Shown piece after piece: positions 22,290 through 32,643 of a stretch of DNA of 64,000 nucleotides (its first letter is position 1; every line of letters begins with the position of its first letter). The stretch comes from Calditrichia bacterium (GTDB lineage: Bacteria; Calditrichota; Calditrichia; JAJRVZ01). Made by a program: the position numbers and the translations under genes. Location of the stretch: positions 96,001 to 160,000 of the forward strand of contig CAWCNS010000016.1 of the NCBI GenBank assembly GCA_963796965.1, given 5' to 3'. The notes beneath the pieces were generated by a model. The model searched no databases. It worked only from the letters and a program-made list of their open reading frames with translations, and had not been told where the DNA came from.

Positions 22290-22431
22290 AACTATATACG
22301 CTCTACCCGATACTGGTTAGTGGGCTTGAGGTCTCTGGTTATTGGGTTTGTGATTACTGAGAAAAATATTGAACATGGTGAGTTCTCAAAAATAGACTTG
22401 ATAATAGATTGCGTTGGACACAACTTTTATA

Positions 22432-22473
22432 AATTACCAATTACCAATTACCAATTACCAATTACCAATTACT
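22432..22473. repeat. (AATTACC)x6 heptamer tandem array
   Basis: Five perfect units and one imperfect; degenerate inverse arm at ~22312-22358. Confidence 0.9.
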
Positions 22474-22491
22474 CAGCATATTGGAAAGAAT

Positions 22492-23637
22492 ATGAAACCC
22501 ATCTATCTTGACTATAATGCAACAACCCCAATCCTCCCCGAAGTGGCTGAGGAAATGCAGCCTTTTTTAGGCGATCTTTTTGGAAATCCTTCCAGTTCCC
22601 ATTTATATGGGCAGCAAACAAAAAAAGCGGTTGATACGGCAAGAGAAAGAATTGCCCGATTATTGGATTGTGATAGGGACGAAATTGTTTTCACCAGTGG
22701 TGGCAGTGAGGCAAATAATTATGCGATTAAAGGAATTGCTTTTGCCAATAAAGAGAAGGGGAATCATATCATTACCTCTAAAATTGAGCATCCGGCGGTA
22801 ATCGAAGTATGCGAATATCTAAAAAAATGGGGTTTTGAAATTTCTTATATTCCTGTATCATCGGAAGGTATTGTTAATCTGCAAGAACTCGAGGCCTCCA
22901 TCAGACCTTCGACAATTCTGATTTCAGTTATGCACGCCAATAACGAGGTTGGCACAATTCAACCTTTGAGTGATATTGCCAGGATTGCCCGGAAAAGGAA
23001 TATTGTTTTTCATTCGGATGGGGCACAGTCGGTGGGGAAGATTCCTATTTCTGTGAAAGAGCTTGGGGTTGATCTTTTTTCAATTGCCGGACATAAACTC
23101 TATGGCCCAAAGGGAATTGGAGCATTATATGTGAAAAAGGGAATAGAATTAGAGAAGTTAATTCATGGGGCTAAGCAGGAGAAAGGCCGGCGGGCCGGTA
23201 CGGAAAATATAATGGAAATCGCGGGTCTGGGAAAAGCATGTGAAATAGCTAAAAGAGATTTGGAGATAAATGGAAAACATTTGAAAGAGATGCGTGATCG
23301 TTTGTACCTGGGAATAAAAAAAAATCTTGATAATACCATTGATATTAGAGTAAACAGCCCTCAAGAGCAATGCCTACCTAATACACTTAGTCTTTGTTTT
23401 GCAAATATAGAAGCCAATGTGCTCATCTCAGAAATTGAAGACCGCGTGGCTGTATCCGCTGGAGCCGCCTGCCATTCCGGGGACATTGATATATCAGGTA
23501 CATTAGATGCAATGGGCATACCCCTCAAATACGCTATGGGAACGATTCGATTCTCAACAGGGAAACCGACCATTAAAGATGAAATTGAACAGGCCGCGGA
23601 GATTGTTTGTGATGCGGTTGTTAAAATATGTAATTAG
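22492..23637 (+). CDS. Cysteine desulfurase (IscS/NifS-like, class V PLP)
   Basis: IYLDYNATTP, GNPSS, HANNEVG, AGHKLYGPKG, SAGAACHS. Confidence 0.92.
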   Translation: MKPIYLDYNATTPILPEVAEEMQPFLGDLFGNPSSSHLYGQQTKKAVDTARERIARLLDCDRDEIVFTSGGSEANNYAIKGIAFANKEKGNHIITSKIEHPAVIEVCEYLKKWGFEISYIPVSSEGIVNLQELEASIRPSTILISVMHANNEVGTIQPLSDIARIARKRNIVFHSDGAQSVGKIPISVKELGVDLFSIAGHKLYGPKGIGALYVKKGIELEKLIHGAKQEKGRRAGTENIMEIAGLGKACEIAKRDLEINGKHLKEMRDRLYLGIKKNLDNTIDIRVNSPQEQCLPNTLSLCFANIEANVLISEIEDRVAVSAGAACHSGDIDISGTLDAMGIPLKYAMGTIRFSTGKPTIKDEIEQAAEIVCDAVVKICN

Positions 23638-23765
23638 TAATTCGGAATTTGGAATTAGGCGCTTGAATAAATGGTACTATTGATGTCGTCCCCTGTGTAA
23701 TATGACAGATTTGTGTATCAGGGCAAGAGATAAAGCAAAAAGGTTTTACCTTTTGTCATCAAATG

Positions 23766-24371
23766 TTATTTTCGTTTAATCCAGTTTGATGGATTATTGA
23801 TGATATATTGCCTGATTGCATCTAATTCAGTTTGGTTGCGAATTATGTGTTCATAATAATTGCGTTGCCATAATTTTGATCCGGGCGTTTTTCGGATTTG
23901 ATTAATTTTTCGTGTGGTTATGGATGAAAAATTTTGGATTATCGCGGAAATTGATCCCCGTTTTGTGCCGTTGGGTTGGGATATTATATGTAGGGGCGAA
24001 GCATTCCCGGCATGATCTGAGATGAAAATACCAAAATTTTGCCTGGAATGCTTCGCCCCTACCATATCGTCAACGGTTTTATCGTTCAATATAATTATTC
24101 CATGTAAATGGTTTGGCATGATTTGAAAAACGTCCAATTGTGCGTTTTTAACATGTGTTGTAATATCAATCCATTTCGATTGAACGACCCGGCCAAATAA
24201 ATTTAATATCATTTTTTTGTTATTAATTCTACCGAATAAATGTTCACGATCCTTTACGCAAATGGTTACAAAATAATAGCCTGTTTGTGTATAATCATAT
24301 CCTGCTAACCGCATTGATTGACGTCTGTATTGCATTGATATCCCTGAATGATTAATTAAATTTAATTTCAA
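23766..24371 (-). mobile_element. REP-associated tyrosine (Y1 HUH) transposase, RAYT-like
   Basis: RRQSMRLAGYDY, YFVTIC, MPNHLHGII (HUH), WQRNYYEHIIR, YIINNP. Confidence 0.9.
23990..24062. repeat. REP-like inverted repeat inside the RAYT ORF
   Basis: GTAGGGGCGAAGCATTCC (23990-24007) and GGAATGCTTCGCCCCTAC (24045-24062), a perfect 18-bp IR. Confidence 0.9.
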
Positions 24372-24629
24372 ATATTATGCCAATTGAATAGATAGATAAA
24401 CTGGACTATAAATAGTCTCTTCCTCAGGATTGAAACATCCATTATTTTCAATAAATTGTAGTCGGTTACAGACTCAATCCTCAAATAAAATCAGGAAAGA
24501 TATATGCGGGCATATAAGATGTTTCATAATTATATGCATGGAAAAAATTTCTAATAATTTATTTATAGAGAATAAATTGGAGGTTTAATCGAGTTATAGC
24601 ACTATAATTTATAAACGGAGTTCTCTGTC

Positions 24630-26570
24630 ATGTTTGCAGTTATATATTCAATGATTGATGTTTGGTCTAAATACATAAAACTTATTTGCATAGTTACGGG
24701 ACTAGTATCCCTAGTCTTGACACAAAAAAGTTATGCTTTTGTGTATCCGGAACACAGGAAAATCGCTTTGCAGAGTATATATGACCTCGATGAAAATTAC
24801 CGGTCGGTGCTGGATAAATTATGGTTGGAAGCACGCACAGGTTATGAGGATCGTCTTAATTTATCGCCCGCAGATTCAAATCAGATTGAAGATTTAGCCG
24901 CTATCGACTATGCAGCCTGGCCAGCCATTGCCGGAGATCATTCCTGTTCTGCTTCAAATATGTTGTATACTATTCTGGAATCTGATTGGATAATGGATGT
25001 AGTCGACGTAACCTCCCGATTAAATGATCGTCTTGATGCGGCTGGTGATGAAAAATACAAGCGAATCAACGCTCTGCGCGATTCTGATTTTGAATTGTTG
25101 GCCGTTGATCCCCTCTATGCTACCCGGGCAGGTTCGAACAATGTTCATTTTCTATTCCCAAAATTGGGAGCGCATATCGATGTAGGCGACTATATCGAAT
25201 CCTGTCTGCATGAAGACAACGAAATTAATGCCATAGGGGTCTACACATGGTATCATTTCAGTGCACTTTCCAAAGCGGCTTATTTATCAGAAACTGATTT
25301 GTCTGAAAGGGAGAGGGCACAGTGGGTTCGGGCAATGTTGGCTGATGAAGCATTTGCGCTGCATTTTCTACAGGATACCTTTGCTGCCGGACATATTGCC
25401 GGATCCTGGGGCGCAGCCTCCCTTCGCAAAGGGACCCATGATTATTACAATGAAAATGGTTTGGAGGTGACATCCTGGAATGGCAGGTCGTTTGTCGTAC
25501 TTGGGGACGCCTGGATGCGTCCCGAAGATGCCAGGCGGGCAGCCAGAAGTGTACAAAAAAGCCTTGAACAGTTGCTTGATACCGCCATCGGTAAGGGTAT
25601 TAGTAGGGAAATGTCATTTATAGAAAATATCGTTCCCATACCAGATTCTCTGAATGTTTGTGCATTGAATTTTTTGCCTTCCCGCGAAATGGACATCAAA
25701 TTTGCCCGATTGTTGATTGAAGTAGTGGACCATACCCCCATGCCAGGCCTGAATAAGGGATTAGGAGCCTTACCACGCTTTAATGCGGAATTGGGACCGT
25801 TCCTAGGATTGACCTCTGCATTGCAAGCCAGTTGGTATCAGAGTGGTTTTCTGCAAGACCAAAACTTATCTGGCTTTATTGGAGGACTTGAATTAGCCTT
25901 ACGCTTAGGGATTGGTTTGGAGGGTGTTATGAATGAGGCAGGTGACGGACTTGTATTTTTAGATCTGGGTATATCACAGGCTGTCGCATCCAGCTCAAGT
26001 ATAGCAGCCCTTCCTGAACTAGAGGAGTTTGGTGCCATTACAGCCACTATTCCCTCCAGAACGGCCCTGGTATCACGACTACGAATGCCTTTCTGGTTGA
26101 TTCCCCTTGATTTGCTGATAGCTGCACCGCTGTTAGCTCTTACATCTCCCTCCACGCTTACCCGAATGGCTGTGGTTTCAACCAATGGTGGTTTGCTTGG
26201 CTGGCAGTCGGGAATCGCCACTTCAATTGGTCGTTTTCAATTTATCCTCGGTCGTGAAATAGGCGTCTATTTTTATGGGCATAGTAAAAACAATGATCGA
26301 GTGTTTGCATATGGTGAGGTAGATGGGGTGGAGGAGCTATTGTTGGTTGATGTTAAATCGATACAACTGCAATTACCGGTTCTTGATTATAGGAATTTCC
26401 GTACCTTTTCAAGGAATCAGAGTAGTGGGCTGCACATGCAATTATATGTTAGTTTTGATATTCCGACGAGTGTGGAGGTCGTTGTCCCGGAAAATGCTGT
26501 TGAGCCTGATTATAAAACAATTTTTCATATTGGCTTGAGAGCCTCATTGGATTGGCGTCATTATTTTTAA
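24630..26570 (+). CDS. Secreted zinc metallophospholipase C-like domain plus probable outer-membrane beta-barrel
   Basis: Signal peptide then FVYPEH; FALHFLQDTFAAGH; HDYYNENGL; amphipathic C-terminus ..IGLRASLDWRHYF. Confidence 0.6.
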   Translation: MFAVIYSMIDVWSKYIKLICIVTGLVSLVLTQKSYAFVYPEHRKIALQSIYDLDENYRSVLDKLWLEARTGYEDRLNLSPADSNQIEDLAAIDYAAWPAIAGDHSCSASNMLYTILESDWIMDVVDVTSRLNDRLDAAGDEKYKRINALRDSDFELLAVDPLYATRAGSNNVHFLFPKLGAHIDVGDYIESCLHEDNEINAIGVYTWYHFSALSKAAYLSETDLSERERAQWVRAMLADEAFALHFLQDTFAAGHIAGSWGAASLRKGTHDYYNENGLEVTSWNGRSFVVLGDAWMRPEDARRAARSVQKSLEQLLDTAIGKGISREMSFIENIVPIPDSLNVCALNFLPSREMDIKFARLLIEVVDHTPMPGLNKGLGALPRFNAELGPFLGLTSALQASWYQSGFLQDQNLSGFIGGLELALRLGIGLEGVMNEAGDGLVFLDLGISQAVASSSSIAALPELEEFGAITATIPSRTALVSRLRMPFWLIPLDLLIAAPLLALTSPSTLTRMAVVSTNGGLLGWQSGIATSIGRFQFILGREIGVYFYGHSKNNDRVFAYGEVDGVEELLLVDVKSIQLQLPVLDYRNFRTFSRNQSSGLHMQLYVSFDIPTSVEVVVPENAVEPDYKTIFHIGLRASLDWRHYF

Positions 26571-26649
26571 GGTCATTCTTTGATCTTAGTTGTGATCAAT
26601 AGAGACAGGTATGTGACACTGTTTTACCAATAAAGGATCATGAAAGTTG

Positions 26650-26733
26650 TACGAGGAGGGGGACTTGAACCCCCACAGGCTTTAGCCCACTAGATCCTAA
26701 ATCTAGCGCGTCTACCAATTCCGCCATCCTCGC
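26650..26733 (-). tRNA. tRNA-Leu(TAG)
   Basis: GCGAGGATGGCGGAATTGGTAGACGCG CTAGA-TTTAGGA-TCTAG, long variable arm, GGTTCAAGTCC; CCA not encoded. Confidence 0.97.
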
Positions 26734-26790
26734 AAATAAACTAATATTAAAATTAACAATTTGGCGTGCTAAAATCAATTTAGTGATATA

Positions 26791-27034
26791 ATAGAACGCA
26801 GATGACGCGGATAACGCTGATTTTCGCGGAATTTTATATATCTCAAATAATATGTATAAATTTGCGGGTTTATATCGCTCCTTGTTTCTTTATTTGAATT
26901 ATGTTATTCTATTCTTAATAATTCCCGTATATATTATTTGTACACTAAATTTATAAATATATATGTTGGAAAAATATTGAAATAATAAACAAAATCTGCG
27001 AAAATCAGCGTTATCCGCGTCATCAGCGTTCTAT
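26791..27034. mobile_element. Gene-less MITE-like element of the same 9-mer TIR family as the GxxExxY element
   Basis: ATAGAACGCAGATGACGCGGATAACGCTGATTTTCGCGGA (26791-26830) vs rc of 26995-27034, 38/40 identical; 164-bp AT-rich interior. Confidence 0.7.
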
Positions 27035-27061
27035 CTATGTTTCATTGAAGGAAACTTATCT

Positions 27062-27409
27062 ATGAAAAAAGGAAAGATCGTATATTCCACCAATCCCGAC
27101 TGGCAGGAAACCTGTCCTGTCTGTGATAATTCTATTGAAGCCTGCACTTGTAGTAAAGGTAGCTCATCCGCATTAAACTCTCAGACGATTCTGATAAAAA
27201 GAGAAAAGAAGGGACGCGGCGGAAAGACGGTGACGACTATAAGAGGTCTCAAGACCGACCCAAAAGGAATGAAGAAAACCCTGCAGCAATTATGCGGCAG
27301 CGGGGGAACTTATAAAAATGGCATTATTGAAATTCAGGGAGATCACCGCGAAAAGATCCAAACCTATCTGCAAAAGGAAGGGTATGAGGCAAAGTTGGCG
27401 GGGGGGTGA
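27062..27409 (+). CDS. yciH: SUI1-family translation initiation factor
   Basis: IVYSTNPD, REKKGRGGKTVT, CGSGGT, IEIQGDHR, LAGG. Confidence 0.9.
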   Translation: MKKGKIVYSTNPDWQETCPVCDNSIEACTCSKGSSSALNSQTILIKREKKGRGGKTVTTIRGLKTDPKGMKKTLQQLCGSGGTYKNGIIEIQGDHREKIQTYLQKEGYEAKLAGG

Positions 27410-27761
27410 ACGGTGAATAGTCAACATTCCATTTTCAATATTCATTTTTATGAATTGAGAATGATTATAAATTGTTCACAATTCGCTATTAATTATTCAC
27501 CATTTTCAATTACATCTTTTAAATCCCAAATCCCCCCTAACCTGTATCTCACATCTCGTTTTCTATCCCGCATCCCGTATCCCGTATCCCTCTATAGCAT
27601 ATCCAACAAACTTATACAATCTTCCATATTTTTAATATTTTTCTTTACTTTTTCCTTTAGAATGTTATATTATAAAACACTTATTGCTGAAGACTATTCT
27701 TTATATCGAATCCTCAACTGAAAAAGACCTCACCTATTTTTATTGCTGAAAGTACATTTAT

Positions 27762-28385
27762 ATGCAACCTGCTCAGGATTTTACATCACTGAGTGAGTTA
27801 TTACGTAATTGTTGTGATGAAGGTTCACCTCACCGGGAATCGGCTTGGCGAGAATTTCTTAAACGATATAAGCATTTTATCTATCAGGTAATTACCCATC
27901 GCTGTTTAGGATGGCAGGTATCACGATTGCGTCGGCAATTATCTGATGTCGTTAATGATGTTGTTTCAGAGGTGTTCATTATTCTCACAAAATCCCTCAC
28001 TCAGTTTCGGGAACTAGAGGACGAGAAGAAATTTCGTGCCTGGCTGGCAATCGTCTGCAACCGTGCCACCGGGCGTTACCTCAAAAAGGAATTTGTTGCC
28101 GAAATTGTGGATCCCGATATCGAAGAATTACAGAATTATATAGAAGGATTAGAATTCGATTCCCGCTGGGAATTATATGAAAGTGTCATTGAACAACTTC
28201 GATCAGGCGACTCCGCCAAAAAAAGAAATCTCGAACGTGATATTAACCTCTTCCAATTCTATCTCTGGTCCGACCTCTCACAACCGACTATTCAAACCCA
28301 CCCTTGTTATACTAAAATTGGCCATCGTGTGATTGATAATGTAGTAAACCGTTTACGGGAAGAATTACGTAAAAAGGATAATTAG
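27762..28385 (+). CDS. ECF-type RNA polymerase sigma factor (divergent region 4)
   Basis: AWREFLKRY, DVVNDVVSEVF, FRAWLAIVCNR (sigma2); C-terminal IDNVVNRLREELR. Confidence 0.75.
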   Translation: MQPAQDFTSLSELLRNCCDEGSPHRESAWREFLKRYKHFIYQVITHRCLGWQVSRLRRQLSDVVNDVVSEVFIILTKSLTQFRELEDEKKFRAWLAIVCNRATGRYLKKEFVAEIVDPDIEELQNYIEGLEFDSRWELYESVIEQLRSGDSAKKRNLERDINLFQFYLWSDLSQPTIQTHPCYTKIGHRVIDNVVNRLREELRKKDN

Positions 28386-28405
28386 TAGTAATTGTGAGCG
28401 TATCC

Positions 28406-28551
28406 TCTCGCAGCGCCGCAGCGTCGCAGAGATAAAGAATACAAATAAACCAATAAAAAATTAAAGGGAGATCTCTCTTTCACGCCGGGGTGAAGTATTT
28501 TGTATCTTGTATTTTTTATTTTGTATTCAACTCGTAGCGTCGCTGCGCGAA
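28406..28551. repeat. Imperfect IR of 8-mers (CGCAGCGN) with an internal palindrome
   Basis: TCTCGCAGCGCCGCAGCGTCGCAGAG .. TTCACGCCGGGGTGAA .. CTCGTAGCGTCGCTGCGCGA. Confidence 0.6.
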
Positions 28552-28564
28552 AAAAATCATACAC

Positions 28565-28604
28565 TTTGAGAGAATTTGGGGAAAGAGTGGCTCTTATAAG
28601 TAGA
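28565..28604 (+). promoter_or_regulatory. Candidate ECF promoter, copy 1
   Basis: TTTGAGAGAA-N16-CTCTTATAAGTAGA, 45 bp before the ORF at 28650; same motif at 36083. Confidence 0.65.
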
Positions 28605-28649
28605 GGTTAGGGAATCAACAACACTTTTAAATTCAATTAGGATCTGGTT

Positions 28650-29042
28650 ATGGAGGCGACACACACAAAACTGGGGTGGGCCCTGGCGCACCTGCAGGCT
28701 GAGAGGACGACTACATCTTCTCAATTAACACCGTCCGAGCAAGATTATCTTGAGCATATGAAAGACAGGTTCAAACTCCTTAATGGTAATGGTAAAATGG
28801 TTTCATTATTGGAAAATTTGCCTGATAGAACCTGTTTAATTAACCAACCCTTCCTTGCTGATAATGAAGACTTTTTTATCGCTCTGTTTTCTGATACCAA
28901 ACACGATGAGGCTTGTATTCGTCTCTATAAGCATATGAATGATTGCTATCCCTGTTTTGAGATATTCTCCCAGGTATTGCGGGATTATTACCGGCAGGGG
29001 GAAGTCTTAAAGGAATCTTTTCAGGAGAAAAATCATGGATGA
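28650..29042 (+). CDS. Soluble zinc-binding anti-sigma-like protein
   Basis: HxxxCxxC motif (KHMNDCYPC) plus an upstream Cys; no TM; follows the ECF sigma. Confidence 0.6.
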   Translation: MEATHTKLGWALAHLQAERTTTSSQLTPSEQDYLEHMKDRFKLLNGNGKMVSLLENLPDRTCLINQPFLADNEDFFIALFSDTKHDEACIRLYKHMNDCYPCFEIFSQVLRDYYRQGEVLKESFQEKNHG

Positions 29043-30227
29043 GAAATGGACGCATGAGCGATTGAGGACATATCTGAGACGGCGCGAAGAGCGTAAAGCG
29101 TTGAGCGTGGAGCGGAAAAGAAGTCCGTTGAGAGTGGAGAGTGGAGGGTAGAGAGTAAGGCGTTTGAGGGATTGCTGGATTTGGTTGATCGGGTGAGGGA
29201 TGGGATTGAGATTCCGGAATCTGAGAAAGATCTGAATATTCCCCGGACCTTTGATGAGATTGATGCGTTGTTGGGTGAGTTGTATGTGGGGAATGCTGGT
29301 GCAGATGATAAAAAGATGTTTTTATCCGGGCTTTATCATTCCGAGATTTTTTATCAGCGGGTGTTGATGAAAACACTGCAGGTTCAGCCGGTTTTGGAGG
29401 GACAAGAGTAAGATAATCTATCTAATATTAAAGTATTATCTGATGAGCAGATTTTGATCAATATGAATCTGATAGATGGAACTGAGAAGACAGAAAAAGT
29501 AGATATTACATATAAGATCCCAGTTAAGTTTTGGGAAAGATTAAAAGAAAAAAAAGGCAGCATTAGCCTGGGAACCAAACGTTTGGTTTATGCTACAGCG
29601 AGCATTAGTGCCATTATAGTGGCGACTTTTTCGGGTATTCGTTTTTACAATACAACTTATCAGATTATGCTGGCGGATGATCTATTAAAAGAAAATTACC
29701 GAGTCTATATGGCCTATACACCAAGATTAAGTGGAGGATTTGCACCAACGGGCATTAGCACCCTAATGGGTGATGAAAAAATGCAGTATACTTTTCTCGA
29801 TCATGCTCTCAAATACATCAATAAGGCACTCCAATCAGATAATGAGTTTTCATCTGCATTATATATGAAAGCAAAAATAATGATTATAAATAAAGAATAT
29901 GATAATGCAGAATCAATATTTAGAGAAATTAGAGAGAGAAATAAATTAACTGTGCCAATGTTAAATGATTTAGGAATTCTATATTTTAATCAGAATAAGA
30001 TAGAAAAAGCCATTAATTGTTTTCAACAGATTCAGCATAGGGATCCTGAATATAAAGAATCCTACTATAATTTGGCTGTTATGATGGATCGTCTTGAAAA
30101 AAAGTCTGAGGCAATTACCGCTCTCGAAAAGTATCTTGAATTAGAAACAAATGAAGAATGGTTAACTGCAGCAGAACAATTTCATGATGAGTTCTTAAAT
30201 AAGAAATTTAAGAAAAATCGAGAGTAG
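29035..30227 (+). CDS. Single-pass membrane protein with C-terminal TPR repeats; two frameshifts (~29125, ~29410)
   Basis: CAGGAG RBS and ATG overlapping the previous stop; TM LVYATASISAIIVATFSGI; TPRs (LNDLGILYF, SYYNLAVM). Confidence 0.7.
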
Positions 30228-30240
30228 ATGGGAGGATTTT

Positions 30241-31848
30241 ATGGTAAGTTTATTTAGAATAATCAAACTGAAATTCTCAAAAGGAATTATTAAATACTGG
30301 TTTATGCCCAGATATAATTCCCTCAGGGTCCATCTTTTAGGATTAACAATTGCTTTTATAATTTTACTTATTCATCTTGGCCTGTTTACCTTCAACACCA
30401 CCTACGAGGCTGAATGTTGTAGATGGATAATTGAGGCTGATTATCAAAGCCTTGCCGGTTTAAACTCAATAGTATACAGTATTATAATTATTTTGTGGTT
30501 TGGATTGGTTACCTACTATTTTGGTTTTTGGGCAATCTTAACCCTTTTTTTACTGATTTATATTGGTATACGCTCCTCCCGAACATCCCTTCTTTAGATC
30601 CTTTGAGTTAAGCGCATGGTGGTATATTGCAGGATATCTATCAGGGGTAATCTTTGCGATTTTCTACAATGATATTCTTTATTTATATATGATTATTTTT
30701 CGCCAAAACGAGCGCAAGTTAATTTTTGCCTATGATCCCCAAAAAAAAGTAAATATAATCAAATCTCCCAATCGGGAAGAAGAGGTCGCCTTACCGGATT
30801 TCCCAGATGAGGGAAGGTTATATAATTTTGGGCCAGTTGAATGTGCCCGACCTTACACAATAGTTATCCTTGCAAATCCTCGCTACGGGAAATACAGAAG
30901 CCGTGAAATTGTCCAGGATCCAATTATGAAAAATCTTGATTTCTTCCTCCGGTCAGTCGTGCGGGCATTGGAAAGTTTCCATAATAATGAGGTACTTGGG
31001 CGTCCGGAAATCTGGAGTCGGGTAAGAATTGTTACGGTTTTTGATGAAAATATTGGGAAAGGGCTTGACGAGGTAAATGAGTCAAAAGATGGATTTGTAG
31101 AACAAGTGAAATCGCTTACTGCTGAAATTGACGCATTAGTAATACCAAAATATAAAACATCAGATGATATATTAATTGATAACGTTCTTAATGGAGAAAT
31201 AAATAGACTGGGCGGCCCGATAAAGTACAGCGATATCGATGTTGTCTTTTCATTCACAGCAATGCCGAATTTTACTAGAGCCTGTGCTCATTATTCCTCT
31301 AAAGATAATGGTGATTGTACTGAAAATCCAAAATCAAATTACAAATTTGAACGGGAAGGAAAAGTGTCTACCACTAAATATATATATGAAGATAGACTTG
31401 TTCACCGGGAAAAGTAGCTTTGAATGTTCTTGGTGCAACGCAAAAAACTTTCATCCATGAGTTTGCTCATGCTATGTCTCATGCTGAAAACGGGGCAATT
31501 GTAGATGAATATTACGATGAAGGTGTTCTATTCCTGGATTCTTCGGGTAAACCGGAAAAAGGAAAAAAGCCAATTTCAACGATGTTCTCAGTGAATCGCT
31601 TGAATAAAAGTGCTGGTACAGTTCCTGTCCCCAAAATATTTTGTAATTATCATGAATCATCTGCAGAAAAATTTGTATATGCTTCAGACAGGAATCACCC
31701 ATCTGCTCAGGAGAATTGGAGTGGTTTTTATCCGGAACGCAAAGAATCCGATGTCTATTGTACGATGGATCGCCGGTATGGTCGATACCAGTTTGACAAA
31801 CTTATAGCAGACTATATGTATGACCGTTTATTACATAAAATTATTTAA
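30241..31848 (+). CDS. Membrane-anchored zinc metallopeptidase, M64-like; two frameshifts (~30580, ~31410)
   Basis: N-terminal TM helices; PYTIVILANP; FIHEFAHAMSHAENGAIVDEY (HExxH..DEY); CTMD near the C-terminus. Confidence 0.6.
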
Positions 31849-31858
31849 GGAGGATATC

Positions 31859-32581
31859 ATGCTAGCAATAAATCTATCCTTCCGTAGAATGATAAAAAGA
31901 TATGTACCTAATTTAACCGAACAAACTATTATCAATTTTGAGTCCTATGTCTCGCTGAGACATCAACTTCAGGAGGAAAATAGAGTTTTTGGACAATCGG
32001 CAGCCAGAGATAGCACGATACAAACATTAGATAATCAGATAAATAACCTAGTCCAGACTAATTATAGATTACTAAGGTGTCTGGTAAGATTATACTCGGC
32101 ACGAAGATCCTTTGCATTACAACATGGACATCATTTACAGATTCCTGCCACATCAGCTGATTTCAGTAATTATATTCAGGCTGCTTTTTATTTACTTTGG
32201 GTTGAAGTAATTACCTACCCTGTTTTAGTGTGGGGTTATTTCCAGAATAATGCTCCTGTGGCTCAGTATATTGTTCTTGGCTTGGTCGTCCTATCCCTTC
32301 ATCGGTTTCTCCAACTTGTACCGCAAATCATCTCAACGCCAGTTTCTAATGCCAATCTTGGTGATAGTTACTCGTATCAGGTTGTGGCAGTTGATTCAAG
32401 TACGGTAGATAAGTTAACCTATACACTCATCTCTCCACCTGGATTTCTTAGCATCAATAGTGCTACAGGATTTATAAGCGGTACACCATCCGACACGGGG
32501 TCCTATATGATTAAAGTTATTGTCAGCGATATGTTTGGTGCAAGTGATGTGCAGGATTATCAATTAAAAGTTGATCCATAA
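31859..32581 (+). CDS. Membrane protein with a C-terminal putative Ig (cadherin-like/He_PIG) domain
   Basis: AAGGAGG RBS; two hydrophobic helices; YSYQVVAVD..LTYTL..PGFLSINSATGFISGTP. Confidence 0.75.
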   Translation: MLAINLSFRRMIKRYVPNLTEQTIINFESYVSLRHQLQEENRVFGQSAARDSTIQTLDNQINNLVQTNYRLLRCLVRLYSARRSFALQHGHHLQIPATSADFSNYIQAAFYLLWVEVITYPVLVWGYFQNNAPVAQYIVLGLVVLSLHRFLQLVPQIISTPVSNANLGDSYSYQVVAVDSSTVDKLTYTLISPPGFLSINSATGFISGTPSDTGSYMIKVIVSDMFGASDVQDYQLKVDP

Positions 32582-32643
32582 ATTAAAAGTATATCAGAAA
32601 AACATACCTTTTCATGCAAGAATAGTTATTCCTGGAAAAAAGT

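Noticed and set aside
26650..26733. tRNA-Leu as the attachment site of an integrated island
   Set aside because: No integrase and no duplicated tRNA 3' end seen in the window
19385..27034. CRISPR array interpretation of the recurring 37-40 bp repeats
   Set aside because: The repeats are inverted pairs, not direct repeats with unique spacers, and no cas genes are present
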